DNA of 64,000 nt from an uncultured Acidobacteriaceae bacterium (GTDB taxonomy: Bacteria > Acidobacteriota > Terriglobia > Terriglobales > Acidobacteriaceae): NCBI GenBank assembly GCA_963787495.1, contig CAWBDA010000004.1, positions 166,015 to 230,014 of the forward strand. Direction: 5' to 3'. A model generated the notes under the pieces. The model saw only the letters and a program-made list of their open reading frames with translations. It searched no databases and was not told where the DNA came from. Position numbers and translations under genes: made by a program. Below, piece after piece: positions 36,120 through 44,968 of the stretch; positions within the stretch are counted from its first letter, which is position 1; the number at the start of each line of letters is the position of its first letter.

Positions 36120-37535
36120 TTAGGTCTGGGCGGCGTAGTCCTTTAGCTTGCGATACAGAGTTGTTTTGCCGATGCCGAGAAGGCGCGCGGCTTGTAACTT
36201 GTCACCGTTTAGTTCCGCAATGGCATTGAGGATGGTCTGCCTCTCAAGCTCCGCCATGGGGACGATTTTGTTCTGGCTATGTCCGTTTCCATTCGACGGG
36301 ACCGTAACATGCGCGCCTGCGATAGCCGGCGGCAAGTCAGGGACATGGATCAGCGGCCCGCTGGTAAAGGCGCAGGTGCGCTCCAGACAGTTTTCCAGTT
36401 CACGGACGTTGCCGGGCCAGTCATAAGCCAGCATGACTTTGACGGCCTCGTCGGTAATAATTTTTTCCTGCCCCGAAGCGCGCGATGTGCGCTCCATGAA
36501 ATGAGCGATAAGCAGCGGGATATCTTCGCGGCGCTCGCGCAGCGGAGGAATTCGCAGGCTGAGCACATTAAGACGGAAGTACAGGTCGCGGCGGAAAGAG
36601 CCTTCGGTCACGGCCTGCTCCAGAATTCGGTTGGTGGCGGCAAGGATGCGGACGTTGATCGGGATGCGGCGCGTGCTGCCGACCGGGCGAATCTCCTTTT
36701 CCTGAATCGCCCGCAGAAGCTTGGCCTGCAGGTCGACCGGCAACTCGCCAACTTCGTCGAGAAACACCGTGCCACCCTCGGCGATGGCCAGCAGTCCGTC
36801 TTTGGCCTGGTTGGCGCCGGTGAACGCGCCTCTGACATAGCCAAAGAGCTCGCTTTCGATCAGCGTGGGCACGAGCGAGCCGCAGTCGACGGGAATGAAA
36901 GGTTTGTCATGGAATGGTCCAGAGTAATGAATGGAGCGCGCGATCATTTCCTTGCCCGTGCCGCTCTCGCCGAGAATCAGTACCGGGTGGGAACTGTTGG
37001 CTGCCTTGGCGATGATGCGGTAGAGCTTCTCCATCTCCGGGGCGCGGCCGACGATGCCGCCGTAGCCCTGTTTGGACTTGAGTTTCTCCCGCAGCATCCG
37101 GTTCTCGGTTTTCAGCTTGAGGTGGTTGGACACGCGCTGCAGTAACAGCTTGAGTTCTTCGCCACTGAAGGGTTTGGTCACGTATTCATAAGCGCCATGC
37201 TTCATAGCCTGCACGGCCGACTGCACCGTGCCATAGCCCGTCACTACAACGACGAGGGCTTCGGGGCGGTGGGCTTTGATCTGGCGCAGAGCTTCGAGGC
37301 CGCCTGCTCCGGGCAAGCGCAGATCAAGCAGAACTGCGTCGATGCTCTGGGTTTGCAGCAGGCGATAGGCGTGCTCGGCGGAGTCAGCAACATGAGCGAT
37401 GAAACCCAGGGACAGGGCGACCTCGCGGCAAGCGTCGCGAATGGAGCGTTCGTCGTCGACGATGAGGAGGTTTAGGAAATTGGCGGCCATAATCTGAGGA
37501 GCAGCGAGGGTGTGGGTTACGGCAACTGACGTCAT
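36120..37535 (-). CDS. sigma54-dependent response regulator (NtrC family)
   Basis: Receiver LLIVDDERSIRD, AAA+ GESGTGKE, GAFTGA loop, C-terminal Fis-type HTH. The ATG overlaps the upstream kinase stop (ATGA). Confidence 0.9.
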   Translation of the reverse strand: MTSVAVTHTLAAPQIMAANFLNLLIVDDERSIRDACREVALSLGFIAHVADSAEHAYRLLQTQSIDAVLLDLRLPGAGGLEALRQIKAHRPEALVVVVTGYGTVQSAVQAMKHGAYEYVTKPFSGEELKLLLQRVSNHLKLKTENRMLREKLKSKQGYGGIVGRAPEMEKLYRIIAKAANSSHPVLILGESGTGKEMIARSIHYSGPFHDKPFIPVDCGSLVPTLIESELFGYVRGAFTGANQAKDGLLAIAEGGTVFLDEVGELPVDLQAKLLRAIQEKEIRPVGSTRRIPINVRILAATNRILEQAVTEGSFRRDLYFRLNVLSLRIPPLRERREDIPLLIAHFMERTSRASGQEKIITDEAVKVMLAYDWPGNVRELENCLERTCAFTSGPLIHVPDLPPAIAGAHVTVPSNGNGHSQNKIVPMAELERQTILNAIAELNGDKLQAARLLGIGKTTLYRKLKDYAAQT

Positions 37536-38482
37536 AAAAGTGATTCCTTTTTGATTTCCTGAATTGGTGTTGCTGACGGGGCCCCTGGAGCTGGATTGGT
37601 GGTGTCCAGAAGGTCGGAAGCGGCAGGCTGAGATGCGCGGGGGAGCAAGATCATGACGCGAGTGCCGCGGCCGGGTTCGCTTTCGAAGTGGATCAGTCCG
37701 CGATTTGTGGTAACGATGCTGCGGACTGTGGTTAGTCCCAAGCCGGTGCCTTGGCCGGCGTTTTTAGTGGTGAAGAATGGCACGAAGAGGCGTTGGCGGG
37801 TTGCGGCGTCCATGCCGTGACCGTTGTCGCCGACCACGAGTAGGACGCAAGGAAAAGCGGGCAGGCTGCTGGGCGCCTCGGCTTCGGCGACGGGCTGGAA
37901 TCTGCAGTTGCTGGTCTGAACCGTAATCCGGCCGCCGTTGGGCATGGCGTCGCGGGCATTGAGAACCAGGTTCAGTAAGACCTGCTGGGCCTGCGCCTGG
38001 TCAATGGTGACGGCGCCCAACTCTGGATCGAGGTGCAGATCGAGGGCGATGTTTTCACCGATCAGTCGGGTCAGCAAATCCTGCATCCCTCGGGCAATTT
38101 GGTTGAGGGACAGGGCGCGAACCGGCGTGACTTCGGGCCGAGCAAAAACGAGCAACTGCTTTACCAGGCCAGTACCATGCACGATGGCGGAGCGGATCTC
38201 CTCGGCGTAACGGCGACGGCGATCGCGCGCATCCATACTGGAAAGTAGAAGGTCGCAGTAGAGCATGACGCCGGTGAGCAGGTTGTTAAAGTCATGCACC
38301 ACACCGCCGGCCAGGCGGCCGACCGCCTCCCATCTCTGAGTTTGAAGAAGGCTCTCCTCTGCGGGAACCGCGGCGCTGGCGGTTCTGGTGTCATCTGCTG
38401 ACGCAGGTTCTGGCCACGGAAATGGGGTCGCGGTATTCATCTGCCTACTGTGGCGCGGGACGGTTCCCGAAAGAAACCCCAC
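37532..38482 (-). CDS. soluble histidine kinase (HisKA plus HATPase, no obvious sensor domain)
   Basis: H-box HDFNNLLTGV, N-box LNLVLNARDA, DNGHGM, GTGLGL. Start uncertain (GTG 38482 or ATG 38440). Confidence 0.85.
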   Translation of the reverse strand: MGFLSGTVPRHSRQMNTATPFPWPEPASADDTRTASAAVPAEESLLQTQRWEAVGRLAGGVVHDFNNLLTGVMLYCDLLLSSMDARDRRRRYAEEIRSAIVHGTGLVKQLLVFARPEVTPVRALSLNQIARGMQDLLTRLIGENIALDLHLDPELGAVTIDQAQAQQVLLNLVLNARDAMPNGGRITVQTSNCRFQPVAEAEAPSSLPAFPCVLLVVGDNGHGMDAATRQRLFVPFFTTKNAGQGTGLGLTTVRSIVTTNRGLIHFESEPGRGTRVMILLPRASQPAASDLLDTTNPAPGAPSATPIQEIKKESLL

Positions 38483-38720
38483 GATGGGCTATCTGATACC
38501 TTGGTGCTCCCGAAGCGGGAACGCCGAGGGTGGCAAACCGCCCCGCTGCTTCGACCTCAATATTAGGGGGAGAATCCAATGCTGCGAAGGGCACACGTCA
38601 CTCAAATCAGGAAAAGCCTGTGGAAAACTCGGCAAGTAATTTATTTTCTGTTACATAAGGAAAATAATAAGCACGCGCCACCATTCGAAAAGAAGGAATT
38701 AAGGAGGAAATCCAGCCGAT

Positions 38721-39443
38721 TTATTCGGAGATTGACCCGGAGGTTTGACGATCAGCCATTGAATTCTGATGGTCGAGCGTCACCGGAGCCGTCAGCCGGA
38801 AGGTGAGACGGTGTCCCTTTTGGACCTGCAGAACCGGCGAGCGCAGGTCTGGGCTGCCAGGGGACGAAACATTGGACGGTTGGGAGGTTCCCCGGGCAAA
38901 CAGGCTGGAGGTCTGTAGGACAAGTTGTCTGCCCTCGACGGTGATCGCGCTCAAAGTCAGCCGAAAATAGCCGGAACCGGGAACCAAGCCGGGATGGTCA
39001 GCGTCGGACTGCGCGGACTCGACCCGTCCAGTCACCGTAGTGCCACGCTCGATCACAGTATCCCCGTCAACGGTGAGGGGCGCGGCGACGGATGCCGTGA
39101 AAGCGTCCCCGGCATGAACCGTCGCGGTGGAAAGCGAGTCTTCCAGTTGCACGGTCAGGAGGGTTCCGGAGGGCAGGATGCGCGGATGCGATGCTGCTCG
39201 AAAAGGCAGGCCGGTAGCCAATTTCGCATCGGGCGGGACTGCGGGATGGGCGCCTCCGCTGCTGGACGAGGCTTGATCTGTATCGGGTCGGAATGGAAGT
39301 TTTTGTTCACCGGCCGAGCCGGCGTTCGTCGGATTCGAGGGCTCGGAGTGGACACAGCCTAGGGTTAAGGTCAGAGCAAGACAGCATATCCCGAAAGCGG
39401 AGCGGGACCGAAGAACCCTCGGAAGTGCTGTCATCGTATACAT
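38721..39443 (-). CDS. hypothetical lipoprotein
   Basis: MYTMTALPRVLRSRSAFGICCLALTLTLGC has a lipobox-like end. No family recognised. Confidence 0.5.
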   Translation of the reverse strand: MYTMTALPRVLRSRSAFGICCLALTLTLGCVHSEPSNPTNAGSAGEQKLPFRPDTDQASSSSGGAHPAVPPDAKLATGLPFRAASHPRILPSGTLLTVQLEDSLSTATVHAGDAFTASVAAPLTVDGDTVIERGTTVTGRVESAQSDADHPGLVPGSGYFRLTLSAITVEGRQLVLQTSSLFARGTSQPSNVSSPGSPDLRSPVLQVQKGHRLTFRLTAPVTLDHQNSMADRQTSGSISE

Positions 39444-39589
39444 GGTCGCGCGAGTTTCTGGTCTGTCATAGTGGCAAATGAAGTACCAGATCAGGGTCCG
39501 TGAAATCAAGTACATGCGGAGATGGGACAAACCACCCGTGTAGAAGTTTCTGGACTGGCACCCGTTTTGGCGGATTTCCGGCAGGGCAC

Positions 39590-41827
39590 CTACTTCTGGC
39601 TCAAAAGATAGAGTTCCGCGTAGCCGCCGGGTCGCGCGTAGACGATGGAGGAGAGGTCCTTGGAAAAATCGTAGGCATTACCGTTGCCCTGGTATGCCAG
39701 GGGAAACACGAACGGGACCTTCAGCGCGACTTGCGGCTTTCCGACGGTTTTACCTTTTTTCCAGGGCTGACGGTAAATCTTGACATCACCGCCAGAAGCA
39801 ACTGCATACATGAATGACTTGCCATCGCGGGCAAAGGTCGCAGCGAATGTTGGGATGCCGGGAAGCAATGGGAAGCACTTCCTATCCGAAACGGAGACCT
39901 CGTAGATTCCTATTCTTTCCCCCTGCAGTACATTGCCCAGCAGGTACTGTCCGCTGGGGTCGACGTCGGAAACTTGGCCACAATCGTCCACAAATTTTTC
40001 CAGGTTCGAATCGCCCACACGCCATTTCCAAACGGTTCCCATCGAACCCACCTTTTCCACGACACTCAAGAAGACGGATTTCTGGTCAGCGCTCCATACC
40101 GCTGTGTTGGTTTCCGCTCCCGTTGGGGGTAGCTGAGTGAGACCGGTGCCATCAGCTCCGACGATATAAGCTCTGGACGCGGCTCCAACCCCTGCCTCAA
40201 TGAAAGACAGGTGGAAGTTGTCTGACGCCCAGGTCCCCGTCTGTAGTGATACTCCGGTCGCGACTTTTACCTTCTTGCCGCCTTCGATGTCAGACACCCA
40301 GAGTTCTGTCTTATCAGACACCCAGGGATCTGTCTTATAGGGTGCTGGGAGCGTGATATACATCACGCGTTTTCCATCCGGCGAGATCGCGGGTTGAGTT
40401 GCGTCCTCGGCCACGATGTCCACCGACTCCTTTGAATGAACGTGGTAAGCAGTCAAGTAGCCGGTGGACTTGCCGTTTACATAGTAGATCCCTTCTCCGC
40501 CTGGATCTCGCATAGGGAAGAAGTCCGGCCCGGTTCCGAAGGTAATCTGCGTCAGGCTCCGGTCCAGCAGGGCGTACCTCCAGATGTTCGTCAGCCCGTT
40601 GACAGTACGACTGAAGAGCAGTGTTTTTCCGGGTTCGGCCCATGCCGCGTCACCATTCCTGACTACCTGGCCTAGGTCAACCGCCTCATGGGTGGTCAAG
40701 TTGATCCTAAAAAAGTTGCGGACGTTCGGCGAATCCCTTGGGAAAGCAACCGCGAGCAAGTCGTTGCCACCGGGAAACAAAAGCGCAGGGAAGAAGCGCA
40801 GGGTGGGATCCTGGGAGCTATATATCAATTCTTCGTTCAGTCCGGATTTGTCCGCACGAAAAATCCCGGGTCTATCGGACTTATCGTAGTAAACGGATGC
40901 GCCATCTGCAGAGGGGAGCGCGTACCAGGCCGCTGCCACACGGCGAGGCGTTCCACCGAGCGTAGGCACCATCCACACCTCGTCGCGGCCGAGAGACCTT
41001 CCGTAATAGATCTCTTTCCCATCGGGCGAGAACGCATCCACAGTCTTGTCGCCTTCGTCACTTGTGAGTTGAAGGGTTTCACCACCCGATGTGAGCATCA
41101 GAAACACTTGGGCGACGCCGCCCACGGGTGAATCGAACGCTATGGCGCGGCCGTCGGGGGATAGGAACGTGTCGTTCATCGGCTTATTCCAGTGGCTGAT
41201 TTGGCTAATCTTTGCGGGGCCGGTCGAGGTTTTCGACTGAGACCAAAAGTGATAGGCCAAAAGAAGTGCCGCCGGGATTACGACGCAAGCGACCAAAACA
41301 GCGTATCGCTTCCTTGCAACGCCAACTACGCGGTAAAACGGAATAGTCCGGCCCGCTGCGCCCGCAACTTCTAGAACCGAACGGTCAGATGGGTGGGCCG
41401 GTAGCGCCTGCGCCATGAGTGGCTCAGACGTTCCGGAAGCGCTGGACACGGTTGGGGCCTCAGTCGGGAGCTGAACCTCAGATGAGTCCAACGCTACCGC
41501 GGGCGCGATGAAACGGTATCCCCGCCGCGGAATTGTCTCGATGAACCGAGGGTTATCCGCCGAGTCGCCGAAGACAACGCGCAGTTTTCGAATGGCGGTG
41601 TTGATGCTTTCATCGAAACTAACGAAAGTGTCAGCCGGCCAGAGGTTCGCCTGCAACTCTTCGCGCGTGATTATTTCGCCGGGACGTTCCAGGAGCATCG
41701 CCAGGACTCGGAAAGGCTGCTCCTGCAGTGGAACTTTTCTTCCATTCTTGTGTACTTCGCCGGAGCCGAGATCCACTTCGAAGAGTCCCGCGCGAACACG
41801 GCGGCCGAAACTAGTGGGCGCTTCCAT
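39590..41827 (-). CDS. CadC/OmpR-type winged-helix DNA-binding domain, TM segment and TolB-like beta-propeller
   Basis: N-terminus LFEVDLGSGEVHKNGRKVPLQEQPFRVLAMLLERPGEIITREEL...IETIPRRGYRF. One TM (VLVACVVIPAALLLAY). Repeated SPDG propeller motifs. Confidence 0.8.
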   Translation of the reverse strand: MEAPTSFGRRVRAGLFEVDLGSGEVHKNGRKVPLQEQPFRVLAMLLERPGEIITREELQANLWPADTFVSFDESINTAIRKLRVVFGDSADNPRFIETIPRRGYRFIAPAVALDSSEVQLPTEAPTVSSASGTSEPLMAQALPAHPSDRSVLEVAGAAGRTIPFYRVVGVARKRYAVLVACVVIPAALLLAYHFWSQSKTSTGPAKISQISHWNKPMNDTFLSPDGRAIAFDSPVGGVAQVFLMLTSGGETLQLTSDEGDKTVDAFSPDGKEIYYGRSLGRDEVWMVPTLGGTPRRVAAAWYALPSADGASVYYDKSDRPGIFRADKSGLNEELIYSSQDPTLRFFPALLFPGGNDLLAVAFPRDSPNVRNFFRINLTTHEAVDLGQVVRNGDAAWAEPGKTLLFSRTVNGLTNIWRYALLDRSLTQITFGTGPDFFPMRDPGGEGIYYVNGKSTGYLTAYHVHSKESVDIVAEDATQPAISPDGKRVMYITLPAPYKTDPWVSDKTELWVSDIEGGKKVKVATGVSLQTGTWASDNFHLSFIEAGVGAASRAYIVGADGTGLTQLPPTGAETNTAVWSADQKSVFLSVVEKVGSMGTVWKWRVGDSNLEKFVDDCGQVSDVDPSGQYLLGNVLQGERIGIYEVSVSDRKCFPLLPGIPTFAATFARDGKSFMYAVASGGDVKIYRQPWKKGKTVGKPQVALKVPFVFPLAYQGNGNAYDFSKDLSSIVYARPGGYAELYLLSQK

Positions 41828-41995
41828 AACCCTCAACCAAGCGGGGATGATTTTACTCCAGGAATCCAGTTCATGGAAACCAATAACTCCTTCGCACGCT
41901 TTGTCTTAGCAAGTTAGAAGCAATTTATGGCGGGTCAATTGAACGCGCTTAAGTCATGCGTTAAGAAGAAGCGCACTAGCCGCGAGGAGAGAAGC

Positions 41996-42509
41996 ATGAA
42001 ACGCATCTTGATCTTCAGCCTGCTAGTTTTCGCCGCGGGCTGTGGCTCCAGTAAGAACACTGGAAGCGGATCGACGACGTCGATACCGGGGACGTGGAGC
42101 GTAACGGGAAATCTCGGTTCGCAAGGCGGATCGAGTACTTACCAGATTTCGTTCGTTTTCAAGCCCTTGCAGCGTCACCACCCCGGTGGGCATGTTCTCT
42201 GTGCAAGGACCCGTTTGCTTCACCGCCAACAACAACAGTGGGCAGGGCTCTATTTCCGGAACCGGATTGCCGAGCAGCTCGAAGAATACTGGGCAAGGAG
42301 TTCTGATCGGCGTGGCCACCAACCCCGTTCCCGCGAATGGGACATTCAACCTGCTTTTCGTTGCCGGCGACGCGAGTGGAAATTTCGTTGAGTTCACGGG
42401 CAGTGGCACAGTTTCGAATGGCACGATGACAGGCACCGGATCCTGCAGCGCAAGCACGCCCCTGTGCCAGGGGTTGAGTGGCACATTCTCAGGAACTTTC
42501 CAGCAGTAG
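41996..42509 (+). pseudogene. lipoprotein gene interrupted by a +1 frameshift at a T4 run
   Basis: MKRILIFSLLVFAAGCGSS... in the frame of ORF 41927 becomes Arg-rich nonsense after YQISFV. The protein-like sequence continues as SSPCSVTTPVGMFSVQGPV... in the frame of ORF 42186. Confidence 0.55.
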
Positions 42510-42551
42510 TTGCGATGCATCGAAAATACCGGTCGACATTGGAGACTCTTC

Positions 42552-43037
42552 ATGACTTCGCGGGCTTGCCTGGTTCTTGTGTTAGTCCTCGGGCTCCCCG
42601 CGGCGCTCTGTGCTCAGAAGCAGCAGGGTTCGTGGTCCGACTTGCGTGGCCTGAGGGTTGGCCAAGGGATTGAAGTGATCGAAGCCAGCATGAAACGCCA
42701 CGGTGGACAATTCGTCAGCGTAAACGATGACGTGCTCACACTGCAGGAAAAAAGTTCCGACGTATCGGTAAAACGCGAAGACGTCGTGCGCGTCTCGACC
42801 GCCTCCGGCGCCAGGCGCGGCGAGCACGCCGTGATCGGGCTTGTGGCCGGCGGACTCATTGGGGCCGCTATTGGAGCGGCTTCCGGCTCGAGCACCGGCT
42901 TCCTCGGCGGATCTTCGCGCGGACTCACGGCTCTGGTTGGCATCGCAATCGGTGCTCCGAGCGGGGCTGCCGTCGGCGCCACAATCCCGGCCCACGCAAC
43001 CGTCTACCGCGCTGCGCCTGCTGCCGCCGCGCACTAG
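42552..43037 (+). CDS. secreted protein with C-terminal glycine-zipper region
   Basis: Signal peptide MTSRACLVLVLVLGLPAALCAQ. C-terminal GLVAGGLIGAAIGAASGSSTGFLGG. Confidence 0.5.
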   Translation: MTSRACLVLVLVLGLPAALCAQKQQGSWSDLRGLRVGQGIEVIEASMKRHGGQFVSVNDDVLTLQEKSSDVSVKREDVVRVSTASGARRGEHAVIGLVAGGLIGAAIGAASGSSTGFLGGSSRGLTALVGIAIGAPSGAAVGATIPAHATVYRAAPAAAAH

Positions 43038-43116
43038 ACGATACCTACTTAGGGTGAGATTTCGACGTTGGGCAATTCGATCCTAGGCTTCAAAACTGCG
43101 ACTCAGGAGAACTCTC

Positions 43117-43452
43117 ATGACCCGCAACATTACACGAATAACACTTGTGATCGCTTCCGTCGCGGTGATTTGGGCGGCAATGGCTGTTTCTGCCATTTCC
43201 CAATCTTTCCCAGGTGCCGGCACTGTGATGACGTACAACGTAAACGAAGGAACCGATTTCCTGCAGGTGGTGGGCGCCACGACCGAGCTACAATTCCGGG
43301 TCGGCGTCGGCCAGATTCTTACGCAGGTCCAAGGTACCAATCCTCCGGAACGGATGCAGGCAGTGGCACGAGAAATCCTCGACCTGCCCGACGGATTGTG
43401 GCCCTCCGATCACGCAGCCCTGGCGGCAGGTGTGGTCGTGAGAAGTGACTAA
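43117..43452 (+). pseudogene. endonuclease/exonuclease/phosphatase-family gene with in-frame internal deletion
   Basis: The 111-aa product keeps the signal peptide, the EEP N-terminal TVMTYNVNEGTDF and the C-terminal WPSDHAAL. About 150-200 residues of catalytic core are missing. Confidence 0.5.
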
Positions 43453-43458
43453 ACGGAC

Positions 43459-43554
43459 TCGGCAATTGGCGCCGCGAGCGGAGCGATGGTGGACGCTGTG
43501 ATCCCCGCCCACACCACCATTTGCCGCGCCGCTCCTGCTGCCGCTGTTCACTAG
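43459..43554 (+). pseudogene. 3' fragment of a paralog of the 42552-43037 gene
   Basis: SAIGAASGAMVDAVIPAHTTICRAAPAAAVH* aligns with GIAIGAPSGAAVGATIPAHATVYRAAPAAAAH*. Both are followed by ACGATA. No upstream coding sequence. Confidence 0.65.
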
Positions 43555-43665
43555 ACGATATCGGCATGGAGGAACAAGATGCGAGCAATCAGTTTGCGAG
43601 GTGCGATTCTTAGGGCTGAGTTGGGCTGTGGCGGCGGAAGTTTCGTTGCGAGATCAGAAAGATCA

Positions 43666-44874
43666 ATGCCCTCAACCAAGCTGTCGAGGATCCTCGCAAC
43701 GAGTGTCTTCCTGTTGGGCTTGGCCGGGTGTGGGGGGTCACAAAAGGCGTGCCAGATTGTTCAGCCTGTTTGTTCCAGTAATTGCCAGCCCGTTGTAACT
43801 CCCGAATTTCTCTACGCCACCAGCACCAACCACGTTCTGGCTTTCACCATCGATCAAACCTCCGGGGCCCTGAGCGCGCCGCCGCTGGTGGCGGCCGGAC
43901 CGAACCAAAGTACCGGGATGGTAGCGTCTACGAACGGCCAGTTGTACGTTTCCGATTTCCTGAACGACGTGGTGGAGGGTTACTCAATCTCGAGTTCGGG
44001 CGCCCTCACCGCCATCCCAGCCTCGCCGTTTTCCCTGGAGGGCACGCCTCCCGGTGCGGGTGGTTTGAGTGTTTTTGTCCAAGGCAGTTCCTACTTATAT
44101 GCCACGGATCTCGATGCTGGGACGGTGGCAGGTTTTCTCTATGACTCAGGCAGTGGAATGCTCACACCAGTTCCGGGATCGCCTTTTCCTTCAGGCAATA
44201 CTCCTGTGCAGGCCGTCCAGGCGGCGCCCCAGGCAGCCAGCGCTCTGTTTTTATATGTAAGCAATGTGAATGACTCCGTCGGCGGGATTTCAGCCTACGC
44301 AATCAACCAACAAAATGGAGCGCTGTCCGAAATCATCGGTTCTCCGTTTCCGACCGGCGCGCCCGGATCGTTCCCCGGACCGTCGGCCATGGTGGTCAGC
44401 TACGGCAACGACTTTCTTTATGTCGCTCTGGCTGGGACAGCCAATGCAAATAATCAGATCGCAGCGTTCTCCATCAACCCAACGACCGGCTACCTTACCG
44501 CATTGCCCCAGTCCCCCTTCACAACCGGCAACGACCCGTTGCAGATGGCCTACGTGCCAGTCACAGCCAATACGCAAGGCTTCCTCTACACCGCCAATGT
44601 TCAGGACGGCACGATTTCCGCTTTCACGGCGGACAATACGACCGGGGTCTTAACGCCGGTAAACGGGTCTCCCTACACTTCCGGGACATCCGTCTGGGGG
44701 TTGAGTCAGATCTTGACATCTTCGGGAAACTTTTTTCTGTATGCCGCCGATCCTCAAGCTGAGACCATCACCGCCTACACGATTAACCCCAACACTGGAG
44801 CGCTCACTCCCCTTCAGGGCTCCCCGTTCGCCGCGGGAAGCGCGCCGATGCTGCTCACAATCACAGGTCAGTAG
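43666..44874 (+). CDS. lipoprotein, lactonase-type 7-bladed beta-propeller-like
   Basis: MPSTKLSRILATSVFLLGLAGCGG lipobox. Repeated blocks of about 45 aa of the type LYV...GxISAF.I....G.L..IPGSPF. Confidence 0.65.
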   Translation: MPSTKLSRILATSVFLLGLAGCGGSQKACQIVQPVCSSNCQPVVTPEFLYATSTNHVLAFTIDQTSGALSAPPLVAAGPNQSTGMVASTNGQLYVSDFLNDVVEGYSISSSGALTAIPASPFSLEGTPPGAGGLSVFVQGSSYLYATDLDAGTVAGFLYDSGSGMLTPVPGSPFPSGNTPVQAVQAAPQAASALFLYVSNVNDSVGGISAYAINQQNGALSEIIGSPFPTGAPGSFPGPSAMVVSYGNDFLYVALAGTANANNQIAAFSINPTTGYLTALPQSPFTTGNDPLQMAYVPVTANTQGFLYTANVQDGTISAFTADNTTGVLTPVNGSPYTSGTSVWGLSQILTSSGNFFLYAADPQAETITAYTINPNTGALTPLQGSPFAAGSAPMLLTITGQ

Positions 44875-44911
44875 CGGAGTCTTCGTCGTACTTCAGGATT
44901 CGGGCAAAGAA

Positions 44912-44948
44912 ATCGCGGAGGACGTTAACGTCCTCCGCGATGGTTTTT
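44912..44948. terminator. bidirectional terminator: 30-nt perfect palindrome plus T-run
   Basis: ATCGCGGAGGACGTTAACGTCCTCCGCGAT (13-bp stem, TTAA loop), followed by GGTTTTT and preceded by an A-rich tract. Lies between convergent genes. Confidence 0.85.
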
Positions 44949-44968
44949 CCCAGTCTGATTGCGCGCCG

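Noticed and set aside
39556-39571. Sigma54-like promoter TGGCAC-CCGTT-TTGG
   Set aside because: The -12 element is TTGG rather than TTGC. The motif points on the plus strand into the 3' end of a minus-strand gene, so there is no gene for it to drive.
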